The notes beneath the pieces are model-generated. The model was not told the origin of the DNA, did not search any database, and saw only the letters and a program-made list of their open reading frames with translations. A DNA stretch of 64,000 bases from Roseiarcus sp. Its GTDB lineage: Bacteria; Pseudomonadota; Alphaproteobacteria; Rhizobiales; Beijerinckiaceae. Position numbers and translations under genes: made by a program. Shown one piece after another: positions 21,400-31,528 of this stretch. The number at the start of each line of letters is the position of its first letter. Position 1 is the stretch's first letter. The DNA lies in contig JBEKVR010000005.1 in NCBI GenBank assembly GCA_049513815.1, forward strand, positions 1,313 to 65,312, in the 5' to 3' direction.

Positions 21400-23486
21400 T
21401 AGGAGATCGCGCCCAGCGACTTGACCTCGAACCCACGCGCGATCTCGAGCTGCGACAGCACCGGCAAGGTCGGGAACATGCGTTCGACGATCATGCGGAC
21501 ATAGGTGCGCGTCTCGGCGGTCGTCACCACGGCGAAGACGTGCTTCTCCTCCATGCGGTTGCGGATGGCGGCCGACGCCTCGGTTGCGAACTGCTCCATC
21601 AGCCGCGGGTCGATGTCGAATTCAACAACTTCGCCCTTGGCGTCGCGTTTCAGGCTTTGATGGAAGACCAGGTCCCAGCGGTTGCCGAGCCGCAACACGC
21701 GCAGCATGCCTTGTTCCTGAATCTCGCCGCAGATCTGCTGAGCCAGCCGCATGCGCACGTGTTCGACGATCTGCTCCGGCCGCCGCACATGCGGCGCGAC
21801 TTCGGCGATCGCCTCGAGGATGAGGCTGAGGTTGCGGATCGACACGCGCTCGGCAAGCAGCAGCTTGAGCACCGCCTGCATGCCCGAATAGGAGATCTGC
21901 GACGGGCACAGCTCATCGACCAGCCGCTTGTACTCCGGCTCCAGCCGATCCAGCAGGGCGCGCATATCCTTGTAGGACAGCAGTTGAGCGAGGTTGCTGT
22001 GGATCACCTCGCTCAGATGGGTCAACAGCACCGAGACCGCGTCGATCGGCTTGAAGCCCTCGCGCTTGACGTCCTTGAGATAGGCCTGCGAGATCGACAT
22101 CGCCTTCATGCCGAAGGCGGGCTCGCGGACGTCGTCGCCCGGCACGTTGGGACGACGGCCGTCGCCGACAATGACCAGGAATTCGTGAGTCTTGAGTTCC
22201 TGGGTGGCGACGACGGTGCCGTGAATGCGGATCTGGTAGGTCTTGGCCGGGGCCCTGATGTCGTCGGTGAGCTTGATCTCGGGCACGACGAAGCCGTACT
22301 GGCGCGCGAACTTGCGCCGCATCTTGGCGACGCGCGACGCGATCTCCTCGTATTGGCCCAACAGCGTCGCGGTCAGTTCCTTGCTCAGGCACAACTCGAT
22401 CTCGGCTGACTTCAGTTGCTCCTTGATCGACGTCTTCTGCTCGGCGCGCGCCTTCTCCTCGCGCGCGGCCTCGGCCGCCGCGGCGATGGCGCGATCCTTG
22501 GCCTGACGGTTGGGAATCGCGACGCCGACGAAAGCCATCAGTCCGCCGAGAATCGCGAACGGGATGAACGGCAGGCCGGGAATGACGCCGAGCACGAACA
22601 TCATCAACGCCGCCATGAACAGCGCGATCGGATAGCCGCTGAGCTGGCCGAGCACCGCCGTGTCGGCCGAACCGCGCGTGCCGCCCTTGGCGACCAGCAT
22701 GCCGGCGGCGAGCGAGATGATCAGCGCCGGGATCTGCGACACCAGGCCGTCGCCGACCGACAGCTTGGTGAAAACGTCCGAAGCGGCGGAAAGGCTGAGC
22801 CCGTGCCGGGTGACGCCGATGATGATGCCGCCGAAGATGTTGACCGCGAGGATGATCAGGCCGGCGATGGCGTCGCCGCGGACGAATTTTGACGCGCCGT
22901 CCATCGAGCCGAAGAAGGAACTCTCCTCCTCGAGCTCGCGGCGTCGCAACTGGGCGACCTTCTCGTCGATCAGTCCCGCCGAGAGGTCGGCGTCGATCGC
23001 CATCTGCTTGCCGGGGATGGCGTCGAGGGTGAAGCGCGCGCCAACTTCGGCGATGCGGGTCGCGCCCTTGGTGATGACCAGGAAGTTGATGGTGACGAGG
23101 ATGAGAAAGACGATGATGCCGATGACGAAGTCGCCGCCCATCACCAGGCTGGCGAAGCCGCCGATGACGTAGCCTGCGGCGGTGACCCCCTGCGCGCCGT
23201 GGGAAAGGATCAGCCGCGTGGTCGAGATGTTGAGCGCCAGTCTGAGGACCGTCGCGACCAGCAGCACGGTCGGAAAGGCGGAGAATTCGAGCGGCTTATC
23301 GATCCACAGGGCGACCATCAGGATCAACACCGACAACGCGATCGAAAACGCCAGGCCGAGGTCGATCATCGCCGCGGGAACGGGCAGGAAGAACAGGCAC
23401 AGGATCAGCACTATGCCGACCGCGAAGCCGATGTCCTTGCCCCCACGGCCTACAGCCGGCACGCTCGCAGCCGCCGTCAACGACAT
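21399..23486 (-). CDS. flhA: Flagellar export gate protein FlhA
   Basis: [53 protein letters not shown]. Confidence 0.97.
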   Translation of the reverse strand: MSLTAAASVPAVGRGGKDIGFAVGIVLILCLFFLPVPAAMIDLGLAFSIALSVLILMVALWIDKPLEFSAFPTVLLVATVLRLALNISTTRLILSHGAQGVTAAGYVIGGFASLVMGGDFVIGIIVFLILVTINFLVITKGATRIAEVGARFTLDAIPGKQMAIDADLSAGLIDEKVAQLRRRELEEESSFFGSMDGASKFVRGDAIAGLIILAVNIFGGIIIGVTRHGLSLSAASDVFTKLSVGDGLVSQIPALIISLAAGMLVAKGGTRGSADTAVLGQLSGYPIALFMAALMMFVLGVIPGLPFIPFAILGGLMAFVGVAIPNRQAKDRAIAAAAEAAREEKARAEQKTSIKEQLKSAEIELCLSKELTATLLGQYEEIASRVAKMRRKFARQYGFVVPEIKLTDDIRAPAKTYQIRIHGTVVATQELKTHEFLVIVGDGRRPNVPGDDVREPAFGMKAMSISQAYLKDVKREGFKPIDAVSVLLTHLSEVIHSNLAQLLSYKDMRALLDRLEPEYKRLVDELCPSQISYSGMQAVLKLLLAERVSIRNLSLILEAIAEVAPHVRRPEQIVEHVRMRLAQQICGEIQEQGMLRVLRLGNRWDLVFHQSLKRDAKGEVVEFDIDPRLMEQFATEASAAIRNRMEEKHVFAVVTTAETRTYVRMIVERMFPTLPVLSQLEIARGFEVKSLGAIS

Positions 23487-23530
23487 TCCGGGCTCTCCCC
23501 AACGCTTCGTCGACGACCATGCCCGGTGAA

Positions 23531-23546
23531 GCTTGCGTGGGTCTCG
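23531..23546 (-). promoter_or_regulatory. Conserved flagellar promoter box upstream of flhA
   Basis: CGAGACCCACGCAAGC, ~45 bp before ATG. Confidence 0.55.
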
Positions 23547-23589
23547 CCGGCGCGGCGCCCCCGATGCGCGCGGGCGCTAGCGCGCCGGG

Positions 23590-23862
23590 TCACCGCCCGA
23601 AGCCGTGCTCGATTCGCCCGTAGACGTTTTCGGTGAAGAGGTAGAATTGCCCGCCGACGAACGATCCGGTCAGCGCGACAACGAGGAAGATCGTGATGAT
23701 CTTCGGCACGAAGGTCAGCGTCATTTCCTGGACCTGGGTCAGCGCCTGCAGCAGCGCGATCGCCACACCGACGACCATCGCGGCGCCGATCGCGGGACCG
23801 CCGCCGACGATCACCATCCACAGCGCTGACTGGATGACGTCGAGCGCGTCGGCTTCGTTCAT
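23590..23862 (-). CDS. fliQ: Flagellar export protein FliQ
   Basis: MNEADALD...IALLQALTQVQEMTLTFVPKI. Confidence 0.95.
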   Translation of the reverse strand: MNEADALDVIQSALWMVIVGGGPAIGAAMVVGVAIALLQALTQVQEMTLTFVPKIITIFLVVALTGSFVGGQFYLFTENVYGRIEHGFGR

Positions 23863-24293
23863 TGCACCGTCACGCCGTTGCCGAGCGCAACCGTCTTGCC
23901 GTTGGAAAGGGTCGCGGTCGCACCGTTGGAGGTGACGTTGACCGAGGTCACTTGACCCGAGGTTGCGGCGCCTGAACTCACGTCCGTGCCGGAGATCGTG
24001 CTGCCGACCGCGAGTTCCGCCTGGGTGAGCTGGGTCGCGCTCAGTAGGGTGGCGAGCGTGGTGTTGGTCTGCACCGCCTGACCGACCTGCGAGATCGTCG
24101 CCAGCTGGCTCACCATCGCGGTCGGATCCATCGGCTGGGTCGGATCCTGGTTCTTCATCTCGGCCAGCAGCATGGTGAGGAAGTCGTTGTAGCTGAGCTT
24201 GTTGGTCGCCGCGGCGGCCGACGAGGAAGCCGACGAGTTCGCCGACGACGCATTGGACGAGCCGGCGGACGAAGTGGGTGAAACGCTGGTCAT
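23859..24293 (-). CDS. flgD: Hook assembly protein FlgD
   Basis: YNDFLTMLLAEMKNQDPTQPMD..MVSQLA. Confidence 0.93.
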   Translation of the reverse strand: MTSVSPTSSAGSSNASSANSSASSSAAAATNKLSYNDFLTMLLAEMKNQDPTQPMDPTAMVSQLATISQVGQAVQTNTTLATLLSATQLTQAELAVGSTISGTDVSSGAATSGQVTSVNVTSNGATATLSNGKTVALGNGVTVQ

Positions 24294-24304
24294 GGTCGTT
24301 CCTT

Positions 24305-24718
24305 TCAGGCGGCCACCGGCGCCTTGGCCGGCTTGCCGTTCGGGTACATTTCCTTCTCTTCAAGCGGGAACAGCGCTCTCAGCGACTTCAGCGCCTCGAA
24401 ATTGCGCCCACGGTCGATCTGCCCGGCGATCACTTTCAAGCCGGCGACGATCAGCGGGCTCTCAAACGCAAGCAGCGCCGACTCCATCAGCCGTTGCGAC
24501 AGCGTCGTCGCCGCCGCCGTCGCTCCCGGATCCATCAGCATCACCTGGACCGCGAAATAGATCTGCCTGAGCGGCGTCGTCGCCTGGTCGGCCTGCATGA
24601 CGTGATTTTCAAGCAGGAACGTGACATCGTTGAGCAGTTCGATCGTCGCCTTGCGATCGACGCGGATGACGGCGCCGTTGATGTAGAGCCTCTCGCCGGC
24701 GCGAAGCGTGATATTCAT
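24305..24718 (-). CDS. flbT: Flagellin translational regulator FlbT
   Basis: LRAGERLYINGAVIR, FLLENHVMQADQATTPLRQIYF. Confidence 0.95.
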   Translation of the reverse strand: MNITLRAGERLYINGAVIRVDRKATIELLNDVTFLLENHVMQADQATTPLRQIYFAVQVMLMDPGATAAATTLSQRLMESALLAFESPLIVAGLKVIAGQIDRGRNFEALKSLRALFPLEEKEMYPNGKPAKAPVAA

Positions 24719-24725
24719 CGTTTCC

Positions 24726-25073
24726 TCACTTCAGCCCGTCGCGGATGATCTCGTTGATCTCGATGATCGGCGTCAGATCGCTCGTCTGACCCGCGCGGAA
24801 ACGGTCGATTTCCTTGTTCATCCAGATGCCGATCGAAACGATGCCGGCGCGCAGTTGCTCCGGCAGCTCGTTCTCGGGATTCCTGAGGTCGTCGAGAAAG
24901 ATCGCCCACAGTCGGCGCAGGTAGAAGATCGCTTCGATCGCCTCGCGCGAGTTTTCCCCTCTGTCGCGCGCGGCGCGCAGCATGGCGATGACGCGGTCCA
25001 TCGCATTTCGCTCTTGCGTCCGCATAACCTGACGAGAGTCGTCGACGACTTCATTGTAGGAGAATTCATACAT
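24726..25073 (-). CDS. flaF: Flagellin regulator FlaF
   Basis: RRLWAIFLDDLRNPENELPEQLRAGIVSIGIW, IIEINEII. Confidence 0.95.
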   Translation of the reverse strand: MYEFSYNEVVDDSRQVMRTQERNAMDRVIAMLRAARDRGENSREAIEAIFYLRRLWAIFLDDLRNPENELPEQLRAGIVSIGIWMNKEIDRFRAGQTSDLTPIIEINEIIRDGLK

Positions 25074-25091
25074 CGGCGTTCCCGGGTGATG

Positions 25092-26144
25092 CTAGAGATA
25101 TTGGGCGAGGTTCATCTTTTGCAGCTGCGCGGTGAGCTGGTAGGCGGTCTCGAGTTGGGTGCTCAACGAACTGAGCTGGACGGCGACGGCGCTCAAATTG
25201 ACGTTGTCGAGGTTGCCGACCTGCGTCTGCAGGATCGTCAATTGGTTCGACATCGAGGTCGTAGCGTTTGTGACGCTGGTCTGGACCAGTCCGAGCGTCG
25301 CCCCCGTCGTCGTCAGCGACGCGATTCCTTGATTGATCAGCGACGTCGCGGAGGTGATGACCGTCTTCTGCGTGTCCGTGCTCAACGAGGAGCCGCCGAA
25401 TTCGGCGAGCATCGCGTAGCCTTCGGCGAGTTGCTGGAAACCGGCTTGGTTGGCGTCGGTCGAGGTCGTCACCGACTCGCCGGGCGCAATCTGGGTCGTC
25501 ACGTCAGTGCTCGAGGCCGACGACCAGTTGCTTGTCCAGTTCGCGCCGCTAAACATCGGATCGAGCGTTCCACTAATGAAGCTCTGCATATCCGAGGCGG
25601 AGATGCCTGAGGCGCTCGCCGAAGATGGCGTGAAGCCGAACGTATTGAAGAACGCCGTGTCGATCGCGCTCTTCGCCGCTGACGTCGTCGACGAGAAATA
25701 GTCCGCCATCGGCGCGACGCCGCTGTTGTCGCCGCCGAACACGTACTGACCGTTGGAAGTCGTGTTGGTCGCGGCGATCAGCGATTGCAGCGCGTTGGTC
25801 CCGGTGGTCTGCAGCGTCACGGCGGCGCTGCTCGAGCCCGCCAGCGTCGAAGTCAGCGTCTTGACAGCGCTCTGCGCAGTGGTGCGGATTGTGTCGAGCG
25901 CGGCCTGCGCCGTCTGGAGACTGGTGGAAGTCAGGTTGTTGGAAGTGGTGAGCGTCTGCAGCAGATTGGTCTGGCTGCGCAGCGACAGCTCGTAGCCGGA
26001 CTGGTCGCCGAGTTGCAGGCCGAGGTCGGCGTATTGGCCGCTGCTCGATTCCGCAGTCAGCTGGGTGAGTTGGCTTTGCGTCCGCGCCAAGCTGGAGAGC
26101 ACCGACGTGCCGAGGGAGTAAGTCGAAACCATCGAGGCGACCAT
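25092..26144 (-). CDS. flgL: Hook-associated protein 3 FlgL
   Basis: SSGQYADLGLQLG, NGQYVFGGDN, QLETAYQLTAQLQKMNLAQYL. Confidence 0.9.
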   Translation of the reverse strand: MVASMVSTYSLGTSVLSSLARTQSQLTQLTAESSSGQYADLGLQLGDQSGYELSLRSQTNLLQTLTTSNNLTSTSLQTAQAALDTIRTTAQSAVKTLTSTLAGSSSAAVTLQTTGTNALQSLIAATNTTSNGQYVFGGDNSGVAPMADYFSSTTSAAKSAIDTAFFNTFGFTPSSASASGISASDMQSFISGTLDPMFSGANWTSNWSSASSTDVTTQIAPGESVTTSTDANQAGFQQLAEGYAMLAEFGGSSLSTDTQKTVITSATSLINQGIASLTTTGATLGLVQTSVTNATTSMSNQLTILQTQVGNLDNVNLSAVAVQLSSLSTQLETAYQLTAQLQKMNLAQYL

Positions 26145-26149
26145 CGGTT

Positions 26150-27658
26150 CTACACAGCGTTGAGTAGCGACGTGAACATCGCGTTGACAGTCGTCAGCAG
26201 CTTGGCCGTCGTGGTGTACGAGTTTTCGATGGTCAGCATGTTGGTCATCTCGGTGTCGAGGTTGACGCCGGTCGCGTTCGACGCCGCCGTCGTCGCCTGG
26301 CTGACCAGAGAATTCTGGTAATCGAGCTGATTGCTCGCCGCCTGGTGCTGGCTCTGCAGCCAGCTCACCGAGGAACTGGCGTAGTCGCTGAGGCTCGACG
26401 ACGTTCCCAGCCCGGTCGTCCCGCCGAACGTCTGATTCGTCGTCGTGGCGCTGATCAACTGGGCGATGCGGCCGGTGTAGCTCGCCGCGTTGGTCGTGTT
26501 GTAGGTGTAGGCCGAATTGGTCGGATCGGCGATGCCGCCGTCGCGCAGGCGATTGACGTCGCCGCCTTGCGACGGGTCGACGTTGGCGTTGACCTCGATC
26601 TCGGACGCCAATCCCGTCGTCGCCGTAATCGCCGGCACGCCGGTCGCGCCAGGGAAGGTGAACAGGCCGGGCAACGTCGCCGCTGGCGTCGCTGAACCTG
26701 TCTGATCGCTCTCGGCGAAGGCGCTGATGAGGCCGCCGGCGATCTGATCGAGCTGGGCGCCGTATTGCGGCGCGACGACGTCGCGCAGATTGGCGAGGCC
26801 CGCCAGGGCGCCGGACTGGATCGCCATCGGCGACGAGGCCCCGGTGATCGGCACGCCGTCGACCATCACCGCATTGCCGGTCGCGCCGTCCGTGTAGGTC
26901 GCGGTCGGAGTGAAACTGACGGTGCGCGGCGAGCCCCCCTGGAACAGGGTCACGCCGCTGTCGGTGTAGATCGACGTCGAACCGTCGGGATTGGAAACGG
27001 TCGAGATGCCGATTTGCTGCGACAATTGGGCAAGAATGCTGTCGCGCGTGTCCTGGGCGCTGGAGACGTCGGCGCCGATCGCCGTTCCCGACACGATCGT
27101 CGCGTTGACCGAGGTGAACTGAGTGAGCAAGGAATTGATGGAATTGACCGCCGACGCCATGCCGGAATCGGCCGTCTCGCGCACGCTCTGCACCGCCGCA
27201 GCGCCGGTGTTGAGCGACTGGGTGAGATCAGCGGCGGCGGTCACGACCCCTTGCGCCGCCGACGTGCTCGACGGCGAGGCGTCGTAGGTCTCGAGCGCGC
27301 TCTGCAGGTTGGCGAGCATCGCCGAGGGCGAATTGCCGTTGGCGGTGGCGCCGGACGACGAGGTCGCCGACGAACTGTCGCTCACCGTATTCGCCAGCGT
27401 CGTCAGGCCGTCCGACAACGCCTGTTGGTAGGCGGCCTGCGACGTCGACGTGTTCACCTGCTCGAGCAGCGCGGCGTTGGCCTCGCGGCCGACCGAAGTG
27501 ACCTCGACCCCGCCGGAAGTGATGGTGGCGAGGTTGGCGATCTCGCGTGCATAGCCCTTCGTTCCGGCGTTCGAGATGTTGCTCGAGATGACCGCCGACT
27601 GCGCCGCGTTCGCCACGAATGCGGAGTTGATGATGCCGAGGGCGGACGACAAACTCAT
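26150..27658 (-). CDS. flgK: Hook-associated protein 1 FlgK
   Basis: SSNISNAGTKGYAR, ATGVNLDTEMTNML.IENSY..TAKL. Confidence 0.92.
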   Translation of the reverse strand: MSLSSALGIINSAFVANAAQSAVISSNISNAGTKGYAREIANLATITSGGVEVTSVGREANAALLEQVNTSTSQAAYQQALSDGLTTLANTVSDSSSATSSSGATANGNSPSAMLANLQSALETYDASPSSTSAAQGVVTAAADLTQSLNTGAAAVQSVRETADSGMASAVNSINSLLTQFTSVNATIVSGTAIGADVSSAQDTRDSILAQLSQQIGISTVSNPDGSTSIYTDSGVTLFQGGSPRTVSFTPTATYTDGATGNAVMVDGVPITGASSPMAIQSGALAGLANLRDVVAPQYGAQLDQIAGGLISAFAESDQTGSATPAATLPGLFTFPGATGVPAITATTGLASEIEVNANVDPSQGGDVNRLRDGGIADPTNSAYTYNTTNAASYTGRIAQLISATTTNQTFGGTTGLGTSSSLSDYASSSVSWLQSQHQAASNQLDYQNSLVSQATTAASNATGVNLDTEMTNMLTIENSYTTTAKLLTTVNAMFTSLLNAV

Positions 27659-27685
27659 GGCGAAACCTCGAAGGCCGGCGAAGCG

Positions 27686-28885
27686 CTACGCCTTCAGATT
27701 GTTCAGGATGTCGAGCAGGTTGGCGCCGGTCTGGAAGACTTTGGAGTTGGCCTGATAGGCGCTCTGGGCCTGGATCATGTCGGTCAGCTCGGTGGCGAGA
27801 TCGACGGTCGAATCCTCTAGCGAGGACGACGCGATCTTGCCGAGGCCGCCGGTGCCGGCCGTGCCGACGCGCACCGTGCCGGAGTTCTGGTTGGCCTGGA
27901 AGGCGTTGCCGTTGATCGAGGTCAGATTGTCCTCGCTGGCGACCGTCGCCAGCGGAATGATGTAGCCGGGGCTCGACACGCCGTTGCTGTATTCGAAGTC
28001 GAGCGTGCCGTCGGTGCTGATCGTGACGCCGGTCAGCGAACTCGGCGCGTTGCCGTTGGCGGTCGCGGCGTTGACGGCGAAACTTGACGCCAACTGCGTA
28101 GACTGGCTGAGGTCGAGATTCATCCCCTTGCCGCCGGGAACCGTGAAACTGAGCGGCGAACCGCCGGGGTTCAAGACGCCGTTCGCGTTGAAGCTCAGGG
28201 TGGCGGGGGACGATGCGAGAGCCACCGGGTTTGCGGGATCGGTGACGTCGGAGACGCCGACCGTCCAGTCCGAGCCGGCGCTGTTATAGGTGAAGGCGAA
28301 GTCGATCGTGTGCGCCGCGCCGAGGTTATCGTAGACAACCAGCGAGGTTTGCGAGGTCGTGGGGGTGGTGGCGGTCAGTTGGCTCGAAGGCAGGTTGACC
28401 GTAAGCGTGCCAGTGGTAGTCGCCGTCGCGGCCTCGCCCGCGCTGATGGTGTTGACCTTGACCATGCCGGCGAGCGAATTCGAGGTGCCGGAGGCCGCGC
28501 CGCTCTGGACGTTAGTGCCCATCAGGTAGTAGCCGGCCGAATTGACCAGGTTGCCGTTGGCGTCAGGCACGAACGAGCCGTTTCGCGTGAGGTAGAGGGC
28601 GCCGCCTGAATCGGAGACGACGAAATAGCCGTCGCCCTTGATGGCGAGGTCGGTCGTGGTCGAAGTGCCGACCACCGAGCCCTGCAGCGCATTCATCGAG
28701 CGGACCGTGGCGGTGACGCCGCCGCCGGCGGAGGAGGCGGCGCCAACCTGGTCGACGACGGTGGCGAATTCCGTCTCGGCGTTCTTGTAGCCGGTGGTGT
28801 TGGCGTTGGCCACGTTCTGGGAAATGTTCGACAGCCAGGACGTATCGCCCAGCATGCCGGACACGGCGGTGCCCATCAGACTCAT
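27686..28885 (-). CDS. flgE: Flagellar hook protein FlgE
   Basis: NVANANTTGYK, TDLAIKGDGYFVV, LTRNGSF, LEDSTVDLATELTDMIQAQSAYQANSK. Confidence 0.95.
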   Translation of the reverse strand: MSLMGTAVSGMLGDTSWLSNISQNVANANTTGYKNAETEFATVVDQVGAASSAGGGVTATVRSMNALQGSVVGTSTTTDLAIKGDGYFVVSDSGGALYLTRNGSFVPDANGNLVNSAGYYLMGTNVQSGAASGTSNSLAGMVKVNTISAGEAATATTTGTLTVNLPSSQLTATTPTTSQTSLVVYDNLGAAHTIDFAFTYNSAGSDWTVGVSDVTDPANPVALASSPATLSFNANGVLNPGGSPLSFTVPGGKGMNLDLSQSTQLASSFAVNAATANGNAPSSLTGVTISTDGTLDFEYSNGVSSPGYIIPLATVASEDNLTSINGNAFQANQNSGTVRVGTAGTGGLGKIASSSLEDSTVDLATELTDMIQAQSAYQANSKVFQTGANLLDILNNLKA

Positions 28886-28930
28886 CGGTCGCTCTCCTCG
28901 CGGCTCTACAACGTCACTAAACGATTGGAC

Positions 28931-28946
28931 CCTTGCGCGAAGCTGA
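28931..28946 (-). promoter_or_regulatory. Conserved flagellar promoter box upstream of flgE
   Basis: TCAGCTTCGCGCAAGG, ~46 bp before ATG. Confidence 0.7.
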
Positions 28947-28956
28947 TTGCCGCCTC

Positions 28957-29691
28957 TCAGCTCACGGAACGGACCAAGCTGCCGACCAGCAGATTCCAGC
29001 CGTCGACCAGCACGAAGAACAGAATCTTGACCGGCAGCGAGATCACCGAGGGCGGCAGCATCATCATGCCCATCGACATGGTCAGCGCCGCGACGATCAT
29101 GTCGATGACCAGGAACGGCAGGACGATCAGGAAGCCGATCTCAAAACCGCGCCTCAGTTCGGAAATCATGAAGGCGGGGATCAGAATGCGCAGATCGACC
29201 TTCGAACGGTCCGTGACCTCGAAACTGCCGCGCGAGAGATCCTCGAACAGCGCGATATCCTTCTCCCGCACCTGGGAGAGCATGAACTGGCGGAACGGCT
29301 CGGTGATCGCCCCGAACGCCTGCTCCTGCGAAATGGTGTTGTCCATCAGCGGCTGCAGCCCGTCGCGCCAGGCCTTGTCGAAAGTCGGCGCCATGACGAA
29401 GAAGGTCATGAACAGCGACAGACTGATCAGCACCAGGTTGGCCGGCGCGCTCTGTAGCCCCAGACCGGTGCGCAAGAACGACAGCGCCACGGTGAAGCGG
29501 GTGAAGCTGGTCACCATGATCAACAGGCCCGGCGCGACCGAAAGCACGGTCAGCACCGCGGCCATCTGGATGATGCGCGCGGTCGCGGTGGCGCCGCCGC
29601 TGGGGATGAGCTGGCCGAGATCGACGGTCTGGGCCGCGGCGGCGCCGGCGGTCAGGGTCAGCGCGAGCGCCGCCAGGGCGAGGCGCCTCAT
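28957..29691 (-). CDS. fliP: Flagellar export protein FliP
   Basis: MVTSFTRF, LIPAFMISELRRGFEIGF, MGMMMLPP, FVLVDGWNL. Confidence 0.97.
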   Translation of the reverse strand: MRRLALAALALTLTAGAAAAQTVDLGQLIPSGGATATARIIQMAAVLTVLSVAPGLLIMVTSFTRFTVALSFLRTGLGLQSAPANLVLISLSLFMTFFVMAPTFDKAWRDGLQPLMDNTISQEQAFGAITEPFRQFMLSQVREKDIALFEDLSRGSFEVTDRSKVDLRILIPAFMISELRRGFEIGFLIVLPFLVIDMIVAALTMSMGMMMLPPSVISLPVKILFFVLVDGWNLLVGSLVRSVS

Positions 29692-30209
29692 TGCAACACC
29701 AGCGTGCGGATGACGAGCTCGCTGACCTTCCCGTCGGAGCGGATCGCCGCCCGCTCGTTGAGATCCTGGCGGATATTCTCGAGCCCGATCGGACCTTCGA
29801 CCTGCGTCAGCGTGACGGTGCGCAGGTAGGCGAGTTCGTCGCCGGCGATGTCTTCGGCCAGCGTCTCGGGGTGCTGGACTGTCTTGGCGTCGAAGACGAT
29901 CGCGGCCTCGAGACGGATCCAGGTGTCCTTCGGCGACCCGATGTTGGTGACGATCGGCGGCATTTCGAACAGCCCCGAGGAGGCCGGGACGACGCCGCCG
30001 GGCGTCGAGTCGGTCTTGGCCGCCGGCTCCGGCGCCGGCGCGGGCGGCGGCACGGCGAACAGCGCCCCCATCGCTCCCGCCATCACGGTCACCACCAGCG
30101 CGGCGAGAACGGTCTGCAAAACCGACGGCGCGCCAGACGCGACGATCGCCGCCGGCGGCGGCGCTTCGCCGGGCGTCAGTTCGGGGAGTTCCGGCAGCTC
30201 GATGGCCAT
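29688..30209 (-). CDS. fliL: Basal body-associated protein FliL
   Basis: TM followed by MPPIVTNI..PKDTWIRLE, LAYLRTVTL.QVEG..GLENIRQDL.ERA. Confidence 0.85.
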   Translation of the reverse strand: MAIELPELPELTPGEAPPPAAIVASGAPSVLQTVLAALVVTVMAGAMGALFAVPPPAPAPEPAAKTDSTPGGVVPASSGLFEMPPIVTNIGSPKDTWIRLEAAIVFDAKTVQHPETLAEDIAGDELAYLRTVTLTQVEGPIGLENIRQDLNERAAIRSDGKVSELVIRTLVLQ

Positions 30210-30219
30210 GGCGATCTCT

Positions 30220-30933
30220 TCAATAGGGCTTGAGGGAATCCCACAGCTCCTGGCCCCAGCTCGGCTGCTGCACCTCGCTCAGGCGGCCGCGGCCGCCGTA
30301 GGAGATGCGCGCTTCGGCGACGCGGTCGTAGGAGACGGTGTTGGCGCGCGAGATGTCGGTCGGCCGGACGATGCCGGCGACGGTGAGCTGCCGCAGCTCG
30401 TAGTTGACGCGCACCTCTTGCGAGCCGCTGATGACAAGATTGCCGTTGGGCATCACCTCGGTGACCACCGCCGCCACCGAAACCTGGATCTGCTCTTGCC
30501 GGTCGATGTTGCCCTGCCCTTGCGTCGACGAGGTCGAGGTCGCTCCCAGCGTGACGGAGGACGGCGTCGAGCCGCCGCCGGAGCTGCTGGAGCCACCCTG
30601 GGTGTAGCCCCAGTTGGAGTCGAATTTGGACGCGGCGGTCTTGGAGCGGTCGGTCGTGTTGTCGAACTGCGCCTTGTCGTTGATCGAGATGATGACGGTG
30701 ACGATGTCGCCGACCCGCGACACCGTCTGGTCGGTATAGAGGTTGGCGATCGGCCGCGCGATCTGGCCGGTCGGCGTCGGATCGATTCCGTCGCCGAGGC
30801 GGCCGGCGGCGAGGCCGCTGCCGATCGGCGACAGGCCCGGCTCGCGCATGAACTCGCTCGGATTGTTGGCGCAACCGGCCAGCGTCGCCGCCAGACCGAC
30901 GATCAACAACGCCTTTCGCTCCATGAACGCCAT
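30220..30933 (-). CDS. flgH: L-ring lipoprotein FlgH
   Basis: Lipobox LAGC, RVGDIVTV.I, VMPNGNLVISGSQEVRVN, GIVRPTDI, AEARISYGGRG. Confidence 0.95.
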   Translation of the reverse strand: MAFMERKALLIVGLAATLAGCANNPSEFMREPGLSPIGSGLAAGRLGDGIDPTPTGQIARPIANLYTDQTVSRVGDIVTVIISINDKAQFDNTTDRSKTAASKFDSNWGYTQGGSSSSGGGSTPSSVTLGATSTSSTQGQGNIDRQEQIQVSVAAVVTEVMPNGNLVISGSQEVRVNYELRQLTVAGIVRPTDISRANTVSYDRVAEARISYGGRGRLSEVQQPSWGQELWDSLKPY

Positions 30934-31457
30934 CACGATTTCTTTTCGGGCGCCGCGACGGCGAGGATGAGGCTGGTCAGCCTGGCCGCGCGCGCCACGT
31001 CCATTTGGTCGAGGATGGAGCTCGCCGCGCCGACTTTGAGCTTGTGCAGAATCGAGACGGCGATCGACTCGTCCATCGCCGCGATCTGCCCCGCGGCGGC
31101 CTCCGGATCCATCTTGCCGTAGATCGCGACGACGTCGTCGCTCGCCGAATTCAGCAACGCGTCGCGCTTGCTGACCCAATCGCGGGTGTCCGCCTCCGCC
31201 TTCTCCAGATCGGCGATGCGCTGCTTGATCTGCGCGTCGAGTTCGTCGAGGTGGCGGGTCTCCCAGGCGATGCGCGCCTCAGCGGCGACCGGCGCGACAT
31301 TGGCGCAATAGCGCGAAACGCCGGCGTCGGCGCTCTTGTCGGGCAGCGGCGCGGCCGGCTTCGGCTTGCCGTCATTCTGCGCCGAAGCGGAACCCGCCAG
31401 CAGGCCGACGAGGACAATCGCGCCGATGGCGGCGTGGCGAGAAACGGCGAAAACCAT
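30933..31457 (-). CDS. motE: MotE family periplasmic chaperone
   Basis: Signal peptide, YCANV..AAEARIAW, VVAIYGKMDPEAAAGQI, ILDQMD..RAARLT. Confidence 0.85.
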   Translation of the reverse strand: MVFAVSRHAAIGAIVLVGLLAGSASAQNDGKPKPAAPLPDKSADAGVSRYCANVAPVAAEARIAWETRHLDELDAQIKQRIADLEKAEADTRDWVSKRDALLNSASDDVVAIYGKMDPEAAAGQIAAMDESIAVSILHKLKVGAASSILDQMDVARAARLTSLILAVAAPEKKS

Positions 31458-31506
31458 GGCGCGCAATCGCTACCCGACCAAGAATGGCGAAAGTCTGCCC
31501 GCCGCG

Positions 31507-31522
31507 CCTTGCGCCGGGCTGA
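31507..31522 (-). promoter_or_regulatory. Conserved flagellar promoter box upstream of motE
   Basis: TCAGCCCGGCGCAAGG, ~50 bp before ATG 31457. Confidence 0.65.
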
Positions 31523-31528
31523 CCGGCT